The translations under genes were made by a program, and so were the position numbers. Below are positions 49,698 through 62,900 of a stretch of 64,000 bases of DNA, one piece after another. Source of the DNA: Bugula neritina (lineage: Eukaryota > Animalia > Bryozoa); NCBI GenBank assembly GCA_964035545.1, contig OZ037767.1, positions 19,732,628 to 19,796,627 of the forward strand, read 5' to 3'. Below the pieces are notes generated by a model. That model saw nothing but the letters and a program-made list of their open reading frames with translations, made no database searches and was not told the origin of the DNA. Every line of letters starts with the position of its first letter. Positions within the stretch are counted from its first letter, which is position 1.

Positions 49698-50152
49698 TGT
49701 AGTGGCTGTGGGAAGTATACCCACCAGTACCCCCAGCTTAAGTACTTGTATTATGTTATGAGACAGATAAGTTCTAAGGGACTACAACTCCATATATAGC
49801 AATGCCACAGTTCCGTGCGGCACCGCATCACTCCGTTCGGCAGTACTGCCGGAACCCTATACTAACAAACCAGGACCAACCCCTTGGATATAAGTAGCGC
49901 CTTCCGGCGCCCAGCCTCAGTTTGAGGATAGTTGTCGACTAACTAAGTTCCCCGGCCATGTGATTATTCCTAAGTTGTACCCTTTTTGCTATGTTCTATA
50001 TAACTCCGTTTGTATATAATTAGAATCTCAACACAACCATTTCTCTGAAACATCAACTATTTCGGTTCTCCCCATAACCTTATAGTGAACATATGCAGTA
50101 AATATTGGTGCATAAAATACCAGCCCACCTAGTAGTGCATAAAACTACAACA
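49698..50152 (+). mobile_element. Solo LTR (455 bp), related to the Gypsy LTRs in this window
   Basis: TGT...ACA ends, ATAC TSD (49694-49697, 50153-50156), empty site GAAAATACATAGAAC in the paralogous segment at ~57471; shares TATAAGTA and TTGAGGATAGT motifs with the 37384 LTR. Confidence 0.88.
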
Positions 50153-50243
50153 ATACACAGAACTATTATATGTTATGGCAAGTTTCTATGAATTTGCAAA
50201 TGATTTTGACATGCATGGTTACTCAATTGTCTAAAGCAACAAT

Positions 50244-50622
50244 CTAATAGCACTTAGAGTTGTTCAACCATCTAATGTGAAGACAACTCAGTAGTACAGT
50301 TGAAGGTCAGCTGGATTTGTCTGAACATTGAACTTGTCTGCGAAGCATACGCCTCGCTCTTTAGCTCCTTAGATATACCAACATCATCATCAGAGTAAGC
50401 CAACAAGATGTAAGACCAACCTTGCTTTATGGTTGCTTCTACTATGAGGGCCATGCATACACATTACATAAAAAGCATAGCAGCAATGTGTTATATTCTT
50501 TTGCACTTTCTCTACTTTCTACCTGTTGTAAATAATATCATGAAACAGCTTCAGTATTCATATGGTGTCCTCCATCTAATGTAAAGACAACTTCAGTGGT
50601 AAGACTTGACTCACTACTATAG
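50244..50622 (-). pseudogene. Antisense remnant: SDR exon-7 fragments flanking a receptor-like fragment (more decayed copy)
   Basis: Paralogous to 57560-57930; IKQGWSYILLAYSDDDVG and SSESSLTTEVVFTLDGGHHMNTE recognisable. Confidence 0.65.
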
Positions 50623-51287
50623 CTATAAATAAGTTGAAAAAGTGGTAGGGAACACATTGCTACATGAAAGTTTTACTTGTTTTTTTTTTCAAGTTTAAAC
50701 ATTCTCTAGTTAATTTAACTTTGTCAATAACTTATAAAATTGTTGATCTTTCAATTTTTCAGTGGCTGAACAATCCACTGCAAAATATTTGCAATCGTTA
50801 CAATATGTGCATAAAACAGGAACCATTATGTTATTTCAATAGTTATTAAACCAAATTTAAGTTTTTAATGTTTTACCATTCAAAAATATGCAAATTTAGA
50901 ATAAAACATGCCATTAATATAGCATATTGTCAAACTACAAAATGCATAAAAAATAATTGAAAGCATTACTTTGGTTAGATGATATTGTTATTGCTAAAAT
51001 ATGACAATATAACATGGCAGTATACTATAAATATGGAGTTGTCAGCAACTGAATAGATGGTTGCATTATTATTGGCAATTTGACAAGGCCAGTCATTTAT
51101 TTAGTGAGCCCCAGATAATGCGTGTAACAGGCTTCCATTCAAAGTAGAATACCATTTATTTGATGTTTGCATGCCTGCGCGATAACAATAATATCCTAGT
51201 GTAGAAGTACCCAGTCAGCTCACTAGATTAGTTACTGTGTGTTAGTACTGTAGTCTCACAATCACTCAAATTGATTCTTTAGTAATC

Positions 51288-54200
51288 ATGGCATCTCTTA
51301 AAGGAAAAGTTGCTATAATAACAGGTATGACTATTTAATTTTAATATCAATACTTTACAGTTTCACAACTCTGAAAGAAGTAGTTTCTAGTTAATTATGT
51401 ATACTGCTTTTGCGAGTAGAATCATCATAATGAGTTAATCTTTATTATCTAACTTGCAAAATAATGAGGGTATCAAACCAAAAGTTTGTAAATGGTGGAT
51501 ATGTAGTGTTGAGCTTACCCAGTAGCTTCTGTGGTGCAACGGCTAGCGGGCCAACTTGCAAGCCAAAGGTCTCTGGTTTGAATCCCAGTGGAGCAGAAGT
51601 TTCATAGAGGAGAAAAGAAAAAAAGGCCAGAGCGTTGAGATTTGCTCATAACAACATGGCATACCTGATATTGATAAGTAGTAACTGGTAAGACTGTGTT
51701 CTAGACAGTAGATAGGATTGACTAGAGCTTTGTTATACAGGTATAGGTTTAGTAAAGCTGCAGCAAGCACAGTAGATTCTTGATGATAAAATGTAGCCAT
51801 TCATCTACTTGTTTATACTTTATAAGGGTGTAAAATAGTAGCTAAAGTTGGGCATGATTCATTGAATAAGTGGCAATACTTAATGCGCCTCAGTAATTGA
51901 ATGACTGAATTATGATGGTTACCCCCAACTCAATTAACTAGTCACTGTCTCCTGTGTCCCAGTCAAACTCTCACTTTTATTAATTTCTGTGTCAATAAAT
52001 TAAGTATGTTTAGTAACTGCGACCTATAGATGATGCCTTTTTGCTGAATCTTTAAGAAATTACAAACTCCATTCAATTATGCTTTATGGTAGAACATATA
52101 ATGTGAGCTGTTTGTATGCTATATAAGATAGAACATTATGTGGTGGTTGTGTTGTGTGTAGGAGCCAGTTCTGGTATTGGAAGAACCACTGCCATCCACT
52201 TTGCATCTCTTGGATCTAGACTGGCTCTCTGTGACAGAGATGAACCAAACCTGCAGGTAGGTTATACTCTATTAAACTAAATGTATATTAACTAACATTA
52301 TCTACACTGTGTTTAAACTTGGGCTTTTTATGTTCATTATAAAGCCTCAATTTACAGGAGACGGTGAGTCAGTGTAAAGGAGCTGGTGATATTATCACTA
52401 TAGTTGGAGATCTTACTATTGAATCTGATGTGGTGAGAATTATTGAGAAGACAATAGAACACTACAGACAGCTAGATGTGCTGGTAAGAACTAGCGTTAC
52501 TTATTAAAAGTATTTCTGTGGTTTGAGAGCATAATATAGGATGTTTGTTTTGTTTATTATAAGTAGGTGTTAGGAGTATGAATGTAACAACTTTGTTACA
52601 TGTCTGTATAATTCTAGTTTACACTAATTAATATATAATCTGAGGCTTACACCACACTCACCTAGCTACTGCAATCTGTAGTTCCATTAGTTTACACTAG
52701 CTGAACTAAAAACTACTTTTATTCATACAATATGTTCATGATGTTTGCTCAAATTTTCATCAAGTTCTAGAATTTGATGTTTTTACAAATTTAACAATAT
52801 AGAGACTATAATATTATAGTTAAACAGAGTTTATGTGAAACTGCTAATTAAGAACATATAGTCTATTTATGTATTTATATTCTTTGTAAAGGTTAATAAC
52901 GCAGGAATTGCAAGATTCAACAGCATCATGGATGAGACTCTGGAACAATTTGACTTAATAATGGCTACCAATGTCAGAGCTGTGTACCATCTGACACAAC
53001 TAGCTGTTCCACATCTGATTGAGAGTAAAGGATCCATTGTCATCACATCTAGTGTGGCATCAAAAGTATCGGTAAGTTAAACTATATTTCATTGATTGTA
53101 ACTTTAAAAAACAATCACAATTCAGTTTATAGAACAACTGCTGATGCAAACTATATGGCATAGCCTATTGCTGAATAATTTTAGTTTCATTTAGTACGTA
53201 ATTAGCTATTTAAAATAAATCTAAGAAGCAGTATTTAAAAGTAATAATTAAAAAATTATTTTTGTACACAAGTCTAATGATTATTCTATTTGGTTGCCAC
53301 AATGTAAAGTTGTATCTTCACTTAGCAGCCAAAAAAGGAAAACGATTAATTTTGTTTCACCGAATCTCATAAATATTTTACTATTACTCATTATTACTCT
53401 ATTATACTTGACCTTCCTTAATATCACTCACTATCACTCAATATCACTCACTGTCACTCACTATATCACTCACTATCACTCACAATTACTCATCATAAGT
53501 GAATAACACTTCCCATCACTATCACTTTTCCCAATTACTAACAATTTATGGATGTTTTATTAATCTACCAAACTGCATACTGTTTTAGTGCCCCACAGCT
53601 GTAGCATACAGCATGTCAAAAGCAGCCTTAGACCAGTTAACAAGGAGTTTAGCCTTAGATCTTGCTCCTAAACAAGTCAGGGTCAACACTGTCAAGTATG
53701 TATGTATTGATAGTTTCAGCTTTTTTTGTATAAAATATGAAAATATACTTTGAGTTCCTGCTTTCAATATGTAAATCGTTTATGTTGCACATCATGTTAT
53801 GCTGTTATCTTGGCGTTACACATTTATAATCTTGTTGCCGTTCAATTGACTTACAGTTTGGAGGGAAATCATACTTGCTTCCTGTTTGAAAAATTCTAAT
53901 TTAATTAAATTTTGAATAAAAAACAAATTATATTTTAGCCTTCACCAATTAGACATGCTCCCACACCCAGATTATTAACTCTCATGTCTGTATTATTAAC
54001 TCTCCCACCTGTATTCCGTTGCTACAGTATGAGCTAGAGCAAATTATATATAGACATATGAGAGCGTTTTGTAAGCATATAAGGAATAACAACAGTTATA
54101 GATACATTATTGTGAGCGTATCAGACAAAATATTGAGTGGTTTTTTGACTACTTGCCAGTCCATATGAATCAAAGCATTATATTTTTAATCTAACTATAT

Positions 54201-54804
54201 CCTGTAAAAGGATAATTGAAAAAACATAACTCATATTTTATATGTAAATTTTGTTGATATATAAAATTTAAAAACAAAAGTCCTAAGTAACATATACTTT
54301 GTTGCTTTATTGTAGGACCAGGTTTTTTAAAGTTATATTGTAAATAAAGTGAAAACATTATTTATCGATCTTCAATGGCATTTTAAAAATATAATTGATA
54401 CTTTATATTTGGTGTAAAATAATGTTGTGGAATTATTTTAGCCCAGGTATTATTGCAACAAAACTCTATGAAGGGGCAATGCCAAAAGATAATATACCAG
54501 AAGTAAGTAAAGCAACTATTTCCTGCACTATTTACTTGACAAATTGACTTTTGTAACATGTTCACTAATAATAAGTCTATAAATTAAAAATAAATACCTT
54601 GATAGTTGATATTGCTTTTAGTTTCTTGAAAATTTTGCCACTATCTACCCGACTAGAAGAATCGGACAACCAGAAGAGGTAGCTAAGGCTATAGCTTTTC
54701 TGGCTAGTAGTGAGTCAAGTTTTACCACAGGAGTCCAACTTCTGTTAGATGGAGGGTTTCACCTGACTAGAGCTGATCTTCCTTCACAACAAAATCACAA
54801 CTAG
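51288..54804 (+). CDS. Classical SDR copy E (262 aa); exons 51288-51324, 52162-52256, 52358-52483, 52892-53071, 53589-53695, 54442-54502, 54622-54804
   Basis: GT-AG introns, open frame; TGASSGIG, LALCDRD, VNNAG, ITSS, YSMSK, VRVNTVNPG, TG..L.LDGG; closest to D including introns. Confidence 0.93.
51525..51630 (+). mobile_element. tRNA-derived SINE in SDR-E intron 1
   Basis: A box TGGTGCAACGG, B box GGTTTGAATCCC; same position as the copy in SDR-D. Confidence 0.6.
54598..54612. other. Probable hAT excision footprint
   Basis: CTTGATAG-TTGATAT at the site where SDR-D has CTTGATAC[MITE]CTTGATAT. Confidence 0.7.
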
Positions 54805-55009
54805 CATTTTCTGTTTGCTTTGTTTTACACCAACAGATGGACTATATTCTCATAGGATGTTAATTTTCTACATTTTAGGAAACTTTCTTGTAAGGGATTT
54901 TGTTATATGCATTTCCTGTTCCTGGTTTGACTTGCATAAAACAAGATTTGTTTAATACAAACACTAACTCTACCAGAACAGCATCTGCTATCTTGTTTGT
55001 GTTGTGATT

Positions 55010-55118
55010 TTATTGCATTGCATTGTATTGCATTGCATTGCATTGTATTGCATTGCATTGTATTGTATTGCATTGTATTGTATTGTATTGCATTGCATTG
55101 CATTGCATTGCATTGCAT
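55010..55118. repeat. Pentanucleotide microsatellite (CATTG/TATTG)n
   Basis: Direct reading. Confidence 0.95.
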
Positions 55119-56299
55119 TTCATAATATACCAATTGTATCTCTTCAATAGATGTTGTAGAGAAACAAACAACTCCATGAACTTTTCAAATTATAGGAGTT
55201 CATTTGCCTTCATGTTATACAAAAGATTTAAATATTTTGAAAACAGATTGTTTTATTGTTTCCATAAGATTTATAGACCTTATTGCGAAGATAGGCATAT
55301 TTTTATTGTCATTATATACACTAACTAGTGCCAATTGCTCAAATAAATGCTTGTTTTCAGTTTCATGGAATAGAAAAGTGAAAACCACAAATATTTCTAA
55401 AGTTTATCTCTTTCAATATACAGACAATTTCAAATAAATTAGTCCTTCAAATTGCTTGCAAATGTCTATCACATCTGCTTTCACCTTCTAAATATATACA
55501 AAATGGCAACACTTGTACATTTTCAGTTATTACTCAGCCTTCATTTTCACTCCACAAGCTCTGCATTGATTGGTGTTAAATTCAATTCGTTATACAAAAA
55601 TCAAGAGTTGCATATTTTTGTCCTTTTAAGAAATAACTATACTAAGCCTACACACCTCGTGAACAACTATAAAATGTAGTAGAATAGTTGTGCAGTGGCC
55701 GACTTAACAAAACTAAGAAGAAATTTCCCAGTCGGAAGCCAAATAGATAACACTGAAGGAGATGTTGATTGATAAACAATGTCTAACCTGTCCTAATCAA
55801 TCTAATTGAGGTCTATGACCTGTATAATAACATCTCATTACACTTGTTATTTGACTCCATATGATTAAAATGGTTGATTATTTCAATGATATTCACCATT
55901 GCTGCTTTATAAACATGTAAAATAAATCAACTGATGTCACTTTGTCATATTATGCTGTAGAGACTCAGTCATCATGATAAACAACTCAATTTGATATTTG
56001 ACTAAAATATAGAGGCTCATTTTCATGTAGAAGTACAATGTCTAAATTTTTGAGCAGAAGCTCTGAAGATCTTTTTTGTCAATCCAAAGACTAACACCAT
56101 GAAAGTCAGTCAAGTGTTGCAGCCTTTGCTCGTTAAAACTAAATGCGTAAACATTTTGCTCACTAAAATAGAGCTAAAATTTTATCTGTAAGTTTTTTGG
56201 CATAAGTTAAACTGCCCGTGTGAATGTTGAACCATGCTGTGCCATTGTTTTTGTAATATAAATTGCTTTATCTATTTTGCAAATTGAAATAATATTTAT

Positions 56300-57100
56300 T
56301 ATAGTTAAGATTGACAATAAAAACCCTTAACAAAATTAGAATAAATTGGCATAAACAAAGAACAGGAACTGTTTAGGATCTCAAAAATAGGTGATGCAGC
56401 AGCAAACTGGTAGGAAAAATGTCAAAAGTTTCTTTATTTTATAATTCATCCTTAAACATGGTATAACAAATATTAAATGGGTTTTCTCATATGGAATTAG
56501 ACAATACATGCACAGTATCATGGTTGAGCATAACCAACTTTTTTTGAGGGCTGATTGAGAGCTCTCAATAATGGCAGATGATTTACACCGCTGCCTTGCT
56601 TTACCATATATATTCATTACTTTAGGTCAAGTTTCATTATCCGTTTGTTTTCATATATAATTTTGCACCATTCTGAAAAAAAACATTGCAGAATAGTTGT
56701 ATTATATTGTTGAACTGCATTTCTATTTGTTCTAAGACTTTATCTTTGTTTGGATTTATATATTTAGTGCAGAAAAAAATTAATTGAGAAAAATATAAAC
56801 TTATAAATTCAAAAATTAGTGTGCCCAATTATAGTGAACGTAGGGAAAATAATTAGTAAGGTTAGTTGTATCTAGTTCAACTAGCCCCACTTCCTATGTG
56901 GTTCAACTTATAGCCCCACACGGTCAGCTATCAATTTATTCTCGATATCTGCTGTGAATGAGATATCTCTGCTACCTTATGCACGTTATTTCCCAGCTTT
57001 GAGATCATGTTGACAATAGATGCCATTAGAACTTGAGAAGCTATGCATTTTTTATGAGAGATACATTTTTAGTTTGCTCATTTTGTTTGCAAAAAATTTG
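56300..57100. mobile_element. Degenerate DNA transposon fragment, same family as 32481-33965
   Basis: Colinear similarity (e.g. AATTTTGCACCATTCTGAAAAA, GTTCAACTAGCCCCAC, ATATCTGCTGT.AATGAGATA); boundaries approximate. Confidence 0.5.
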
Positions 57101-57559
57101 AAAATTTCTCACTCATCTGAAAAATTCTGCCTTGATTCCGTATATTTCCATATATGTAGTAGTTCCCCTAAATCACTCTTAAGTAAAGGAGATATAAGAT
57201 GCTCTTGATAAGTAAAGAAGGTAAAATAGTGCTATGATTTAAAGGAAATTCCTATTCATTAGTTTAACTGTTATGCATACAAAACAATAATTAGCATTTA
57301 GCTAGCTCTGACATCAGTAACAATAGTTTTGAAAGTAGAAAAACATCTTATGAGTTATATGAAAGCTAAAATATGCATAGACACTATTAGGTTATTGCTT
57401 AAGACATTGTAATTCCTACAAACAGCAAAATTGTATAAAAAAAATACAATAACACTAAGAAAACTTCTATGAAAATACATAGAACTTATATTTTTTGGCG
57501 AGTTTATATGAATTTGAAAATAATTTTGACATGGTTACTTAATTGTCTAAAGCAACGAT

Positions 57560-57930
57560 CTATAAATTAGCATTTAGAGTTGCTCCACCATCTAATGTGA
57601 AGACAACTCCATAGTACAACTGAAGATCAGCTGGATCTTTCTGAACTTTGAACTTGTATATGAAGCATATGCCTTGCTTCTTTTCCGTATTCTTTAGGTC
57701 CTTGGATATACCAACATTGTCATCAGAGTAAACCAACAAGATGTAAGACCAACCTTGCTTTATGGCTGCATTTGCTAGAGCCATGCTGTAAATTATATAA
57801 AAAACATAGCAGCAAAGTATGTGTTATATTCTTTTGCACCTTCTCTTCTTTCTAGCTTCAGTATTCAAATGGTGTCCTCCATTTAATGTGAAGACAACTT
57901 TAGTGGTAAAACTTGACTCACTACTAGCTA
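57560..57930 (-). pseudogene. Antisense remnant: SDR exon-7 fragment (57855-57930) plus chimeric exon (57785-57560) joining a class C GPCR/ANF-receptor-like fragment to an SDR C-terminus
   Basis: [24 protein letters not shown]; then after TTTACAG: MALANAAIKQGWSYILLVYSDDNVG..KQGICF..GVVFTLDGGATLNANL*. Confidence 0.65.
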
Positions 57931-58290
57931 CAAATAAGTTGAAAAAGTGGTCTAGGGAACACATTGCTACATGCCAAGTTTAACTTTTGTTTTCAAGTTT
58001 GAATTTTCTCTAGTTTTAACTTGTTTAATAACTTGTAAAATTGTTGATTTATCAATTTTTCAGTAGCTGAACAATTTACTGCAAAATATTGGCAATCGAT
58101 ACAGTACATGCATAAAGCATAAACCATTATGCTATTTCAATAATTATTAAAAAAAATTTAAGTTTTTAATGCTTTGAAATTCAAATATATGCAAATTCAA
58201 AATAAAACATGTCATTAATATGGCATTTATCAAACTACAAGATGCATAAAAACAATTGAAAACATTACTTTGATCAGACTGAATGGTTAT

Positions 58291-58597
58291 TGTTAAGATT
58301 TTCAGATTTAGGGTTGATGTGCTATCCAGAGAGTCTATTTATCTACTATAGAACTGCACCAGGATAAGTCGAGTGAACGAGTATATTTTATACACAACTA
58401 TACATTATAAAAACACGATACATTATTTCCAAACGAGTTACACATCTAATCTATTTCACACTCTAGCTTCGACTGAGTTAGCAGCGGGAAACTACAATTG
58501 CTGCTAACTATCAACTACGCTAATTGGCTATCCATTGTTCCGGGTCAATTACGCGACCCTACATGTTGTGCTGCTGGTAGTTCCACGAACCACCACA
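58291..58597 (-). repeat. 3' LTR of second Gypsy (307 bp)
   Basis: Minus strand TGTGGTGGTTCGTGG...CATCAACCCTAAATCTGAAAATCTTAACA; alignable to but clearly diverged from the 37384 LTR. Confidence 0.93.
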
Positions 58598-58885
58598 CCG
58601 CCCCCACCAGCAGAAAGCCATCTTTCTGATATATATATAAAAAAAACATTCAATAGTAATTGCATACATCAGTGGATAAAATAATACATAATATACAGGA
58701 AGAGACATAATAATAGACAGAGTCATTATAACGATCCGTTGCATACAATTGGCCAGCTGTAGATAGACGAGGAATACTAGCTAGCTGTGGTGTTAGACAG
58801 GGGATAACCTGTTAAGCAGTCAAACATTTACATGACATCTGGGCTTCTCCCAAGAGGCGGAGTTGGAGTACTCCGGGTAGTCTAA

Positions 58886-59963
58886 CTAGAGTCCTTGTTG
58901 GGCACGCCGGTGCTTGGCTTGGCATGTACGCAGTTTCCGTTTCATACGGCATACGGATCCCTTTAGCTGGAAGAGTCCTGTGGTAGTGTTAAGTAGATCT
59001 GGTGCCAGCTGGGTGAACTCTTCTTGTAATCGTAGGAGGCGTTCTTCTACCGTAGCCAGGCGTACTGGGTCTGGGGACGGTGTCCGTCTGCGGCGCAAGG
59101 GTGGACTGGGGGACCTGGTTCGTCTCTTCGCCGGTGTAGGGGAGATCTCTCCTTCTTCTGGATATGTAATTTCCTCGGGGGTGTATGTAATTTGAGGACG
59201 GTCAGACACCAACGGGGATTGTTGGCGGGCGTTGTCTAACACACGTTGGAACCCCGAGGACAGAACGGCTAATAGCATGGCCTTCTTCACCAGAGGTCGT
59301 ATAAGTGTGAGGAACTCCGGGTACAGCTTAGCGTCGACCACATAGTTTTCTCCAGGGAAACAGCCCGCCGCTCGGTGTCTGGTGACGGGGTAGGGATACA
59401 CATCATGGTACCCGCAGGGGCAGAATGTTAGTAGGAGATGAGCATTGACGTGTAGTTTAAGGGAGCGGTGAGAGGCGCAATCTTCACCACAGATCTGGCA
59501 TCTCGTCCGTCCTCTGGACCCCCAGGCTGTTTCTATTTCTTCTTCTGTTTGTGGAGACACCCACCGCCAACGGCGGCGTAGTGGCTCAGGCCGGTCACCA
59601 CTAGCATACTCCTCTGGATACGGAGCGGGAAGTGTTCTATCCCGTACCCTGGTTGTAGCGGGTCGAGTGTAATCTGAAAAAGTTTCAACAGTGTTAATAC
59701 AGTACACTGCTGTGTTGTCAGCTTGAACAGCTTGGCAACTCCTAATTCAGTTACCTCGTAGAGATTTATGGTAGTGAATAGTCAGATAGAACACGTATTG
59801 CAATGAGATTATAAAAATCTCTAAGTCAAACTGAGTTCTTACTACGGTATTTCACTAACCTATCTCCAGCTCGATTGACTCAGTGAGTCAGAGCTGAGCG
59901 ATGCAATCTAGTTTCGTATTAAGATATAGTTAACTCACCCCACGATCTGTTGTCGTAAGACAT
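58886..59963 (-). CDS. ORF3 homologue: zinc-finger plus coiled-coil protein; predicted exons 59963-59939 and 59673-58886 (270 aa)
   Basis: CQIC..HRSLKLHVNAH, TFCPCG..H..C, basic patches, coiled-coil end; no in-frame ATG upstream of the fingers without splicing; TGGG|GTGAGT donor and TTTTTCAG|A acceptor, both phase 1. Confidence 0.78.
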
Positions 59964-59987
59964 ACTGAATGTGTGAAATGGTTTGAA

Positions 59988-62900
59988 CTACTGCTTAGAA
60001 ACACGTCTACTCCTGACTGCATCAGCGTATGAAAAGATCGAGCAACGTGGTTGGGGTGCGTGATTAAGACTTTGCGCACCCGGCGGATGAATTTTATTTC
60101 TATTTCCGCCGATGCAAAAGTTGATATTTCCGTGGTGTTGACAACTCCCACATTTGCTCGATTCTTTTCTCGTACGGTTTTCCCCTAGACTTCCATGCGT
60201 GCCGCTTTTAACGCAGTCACATACGAAGTCCTTCAAGTATGCGGGGGGTTGCCTCGTACGCTGTCCCCTTTCTAGGGGGGGGTGACACGCTTGCCGGTTC
60301 GTTAGTAGGGGCCTCTAATGGCGTCTCTACTTCACCGTCAGCAGTCACCTCTTCTTGTTCTCCGGATGGAGCCCCTCCCTCCGTGGGGGTTTGCACTTCC
60401 GGAACCGGCTCGGTTTCTGGAAGTGATGGAATTAGACTTGGCGGTGGCGGGCACGCTTCTGTTGACAAAAGCTGCCGCTCCTCTCTCACCAAGTTTTCCT
60501 CCCGCGGTATGACCACTTCGTATTCAGGTCCATGCCGCCGTCGCCCGCGCGTTGTTGTCTGCCTCCTGGGCTCTAACAACGGGGGGGGGCTTCTCCCACT
60601 CCGCCGGGGCTAGCCCAATACGGTTTCAAGCGAGACTCATTCTGGATAGACACCTGTCCTGAGCGCTCAATCTTGTACGTATGATTGGGCATAGCCTCGA
60701 CAACCACGTAGGGGCCTACGAACTTAGGCTTCAGCTTATCAGCCTGTCCGCGGCGCCTACGGTAATTGACCATCCACACCTTATCTCCCCTCTGATAGAG
60801 GGGTGGTTCATCGGAATCTTCGTGCCGCACCTTCCACTGCTGTTGGCGCAGTATCTCGTGTGCGGCCTTCATCCGTTCCACTAGTTCACTGGCATACTCG
60901 TGGACTGAGTTATCTTGCTCTGGAACGTGATAGGTGAGATGGTCGGGGACACGAGTCTCTCTCCCGAGCATCAAGAGGTTTGGGGTCTCACCAGTACTGG
61001 TGTGTGGGGTGCTACGGTATGCACGCATGACTTGCGGCAACACCGTATCCCATTCCTCTTGACCTCGTCCAAGGAGGAGACTCCGGAGTGCATCACCTAG
61101 CATCCGGTTGTTGCGCTCCACCACCCCGTTACCTTGAGGGTGGTAGGGGGTGGTCCTGCTCTGATTTACTCCCCAGAGGCGGCAAAGGTCGCTCATCAGT
61201 TGAGACTGGAATTGAGCGCCTTGATCAGAGTGTATCTGTTCGGGGAGCCCAAAATAACAGAATACGTGTTGGTCTAGTGCCCTGGCCACTGTTGGGGCTG
61301 ATGCGTCTGGGATAGCCAGAGCATCCGCCCACCTAGTAAAGTGGTCGGTTAGTACTAGGATCCAATTATTGCCTCTGGGGGTCAGGGGCATGGGTCCGAC
61401 CAGGTCTACAGCGACTACTTGCCAGGGCCTACCAGCGTATAGCCTCCGCCGTCCTGCTTCACCAGGGTGGCGGCTATGCTTACTGGCCTGGCAGATCTCA
61501 CACCGTTTGACTCTGAGCCGGACATCACGCTCCATTTGTGGCCAATACCACCGAAGTCGTAATTTGGACATCACTCGCTTGACCCCTGCGTGGGCCTGCT
61601 TGTGAGTATCCCAAATCAACTCACGGCGGATGGCTGTGGGGCAGACTACCCTCTTCCTTTCCGGGTGTCTGCTGCTGGCAGCTAGAGAGATGGTTAGCAA
61701 CCCATCCTGCCCGATCCGCAGCGAGTCCCAACGCTGACAGTATAGCCGGAACTCGGCGCATCCCTGTCGTATGCGTTCCTCGCTGGGTCGTCGCCCATCC
61801 CTTTTGGCCCGGTATATGTCTGCCACGACTCCAGGCAGCTCTTCTTGGAGCTTCTTCAGCTCTCGAACATTACCGGCCAGTACAGGGTTGGCGCGGAGGT
61901 TTTGTACATCCTCCGGGGACTCATCAACTCTTTGCCTGAGTTGACCTTGATCCCAATCAAACGGTGCTCCGTGATGAGCCAGCGTCTCCAACTCGCATCG
62001 TGGGGGACCTCCATCCCTCCTCTCGATGTTGAGACACTGTTTGCAACCTCCGTCAGGTCGGCGACTCAACCCATCCGCATTGCTGTGTCTCTTGCCCGGT
62101 CGGTGTTCGATCCGGTACGAGAATTCAGCTAGGATTTCGAGCCACCGAGCGACCTGACTAGAGGGCTCTGCTCTCCTGCACAACCAGATCAGCGAGGCAT
62201 GATCCGTACGCAGCCGGAACTTCCTGCTATATAGGTATGGTCTGAAGTGCTTCACTGACTTGATTACTGCCAGCAGCTCCTTGCGGGTAGTGCAGTAATT
62301 TCGTTCAGCGGGTGAGAGAGACTTGCTGTAATAGGCTACTACTACCTCTCGGCCTTCCTGCACTTGTGACAGCACAGCGCCAACATTCTGGTCACTGGCG
62401 TCCGTGTCAAGGATGTACTCCAGAGTTGGGTCTGGGTAGGCCAAGATGGGCGCCGTTAGTAGGCAGCCCTTGAGGCGGTCGAACGCTTCTTGTTCGACTG
62501 GAGTCTACTGCCACGTCACTCCCTTTGCGGTGAGCCGGTTTAACGGCTGGGCTATGCCCGCAAAGTCTGGTATGTATTGCCTGTAATACCCTACCAGCCC
62601 CAAGAAAGCCCGGAGTCCGGTCAAGTCTTGGGGGGTGACCCAGTCTTCTACCGCCCGTACCTTTTCGGGATCCGTTGCCACGCCGTTTCGACCGACAACG
62701 TGCCCCAGGTACTTGACCTCCGGCTGCAATAGAGCGCACTTGGAAGGTTTGAGCTTAAGACCGGCACCTCGGAGTCTCTCGAAAACCTCCTGCAGACGAC
62801 TGACATGTGTCTCGAAGTCTGGAGAGATTACGATGACATCATCGAGGTAGACCAGCAGTGTCTTCCAATGGAGTCCGCTAAGGACTTGTTCCATCAGCCT

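Noticed and set aside
60275-60589. +2 and +1 C-run indels as compensating programmed frameshifts
   Set aside because: A stop follows the first shift, the copy also has a TAG at 62505, and homopolymer indels are common lesions or sequencing errors
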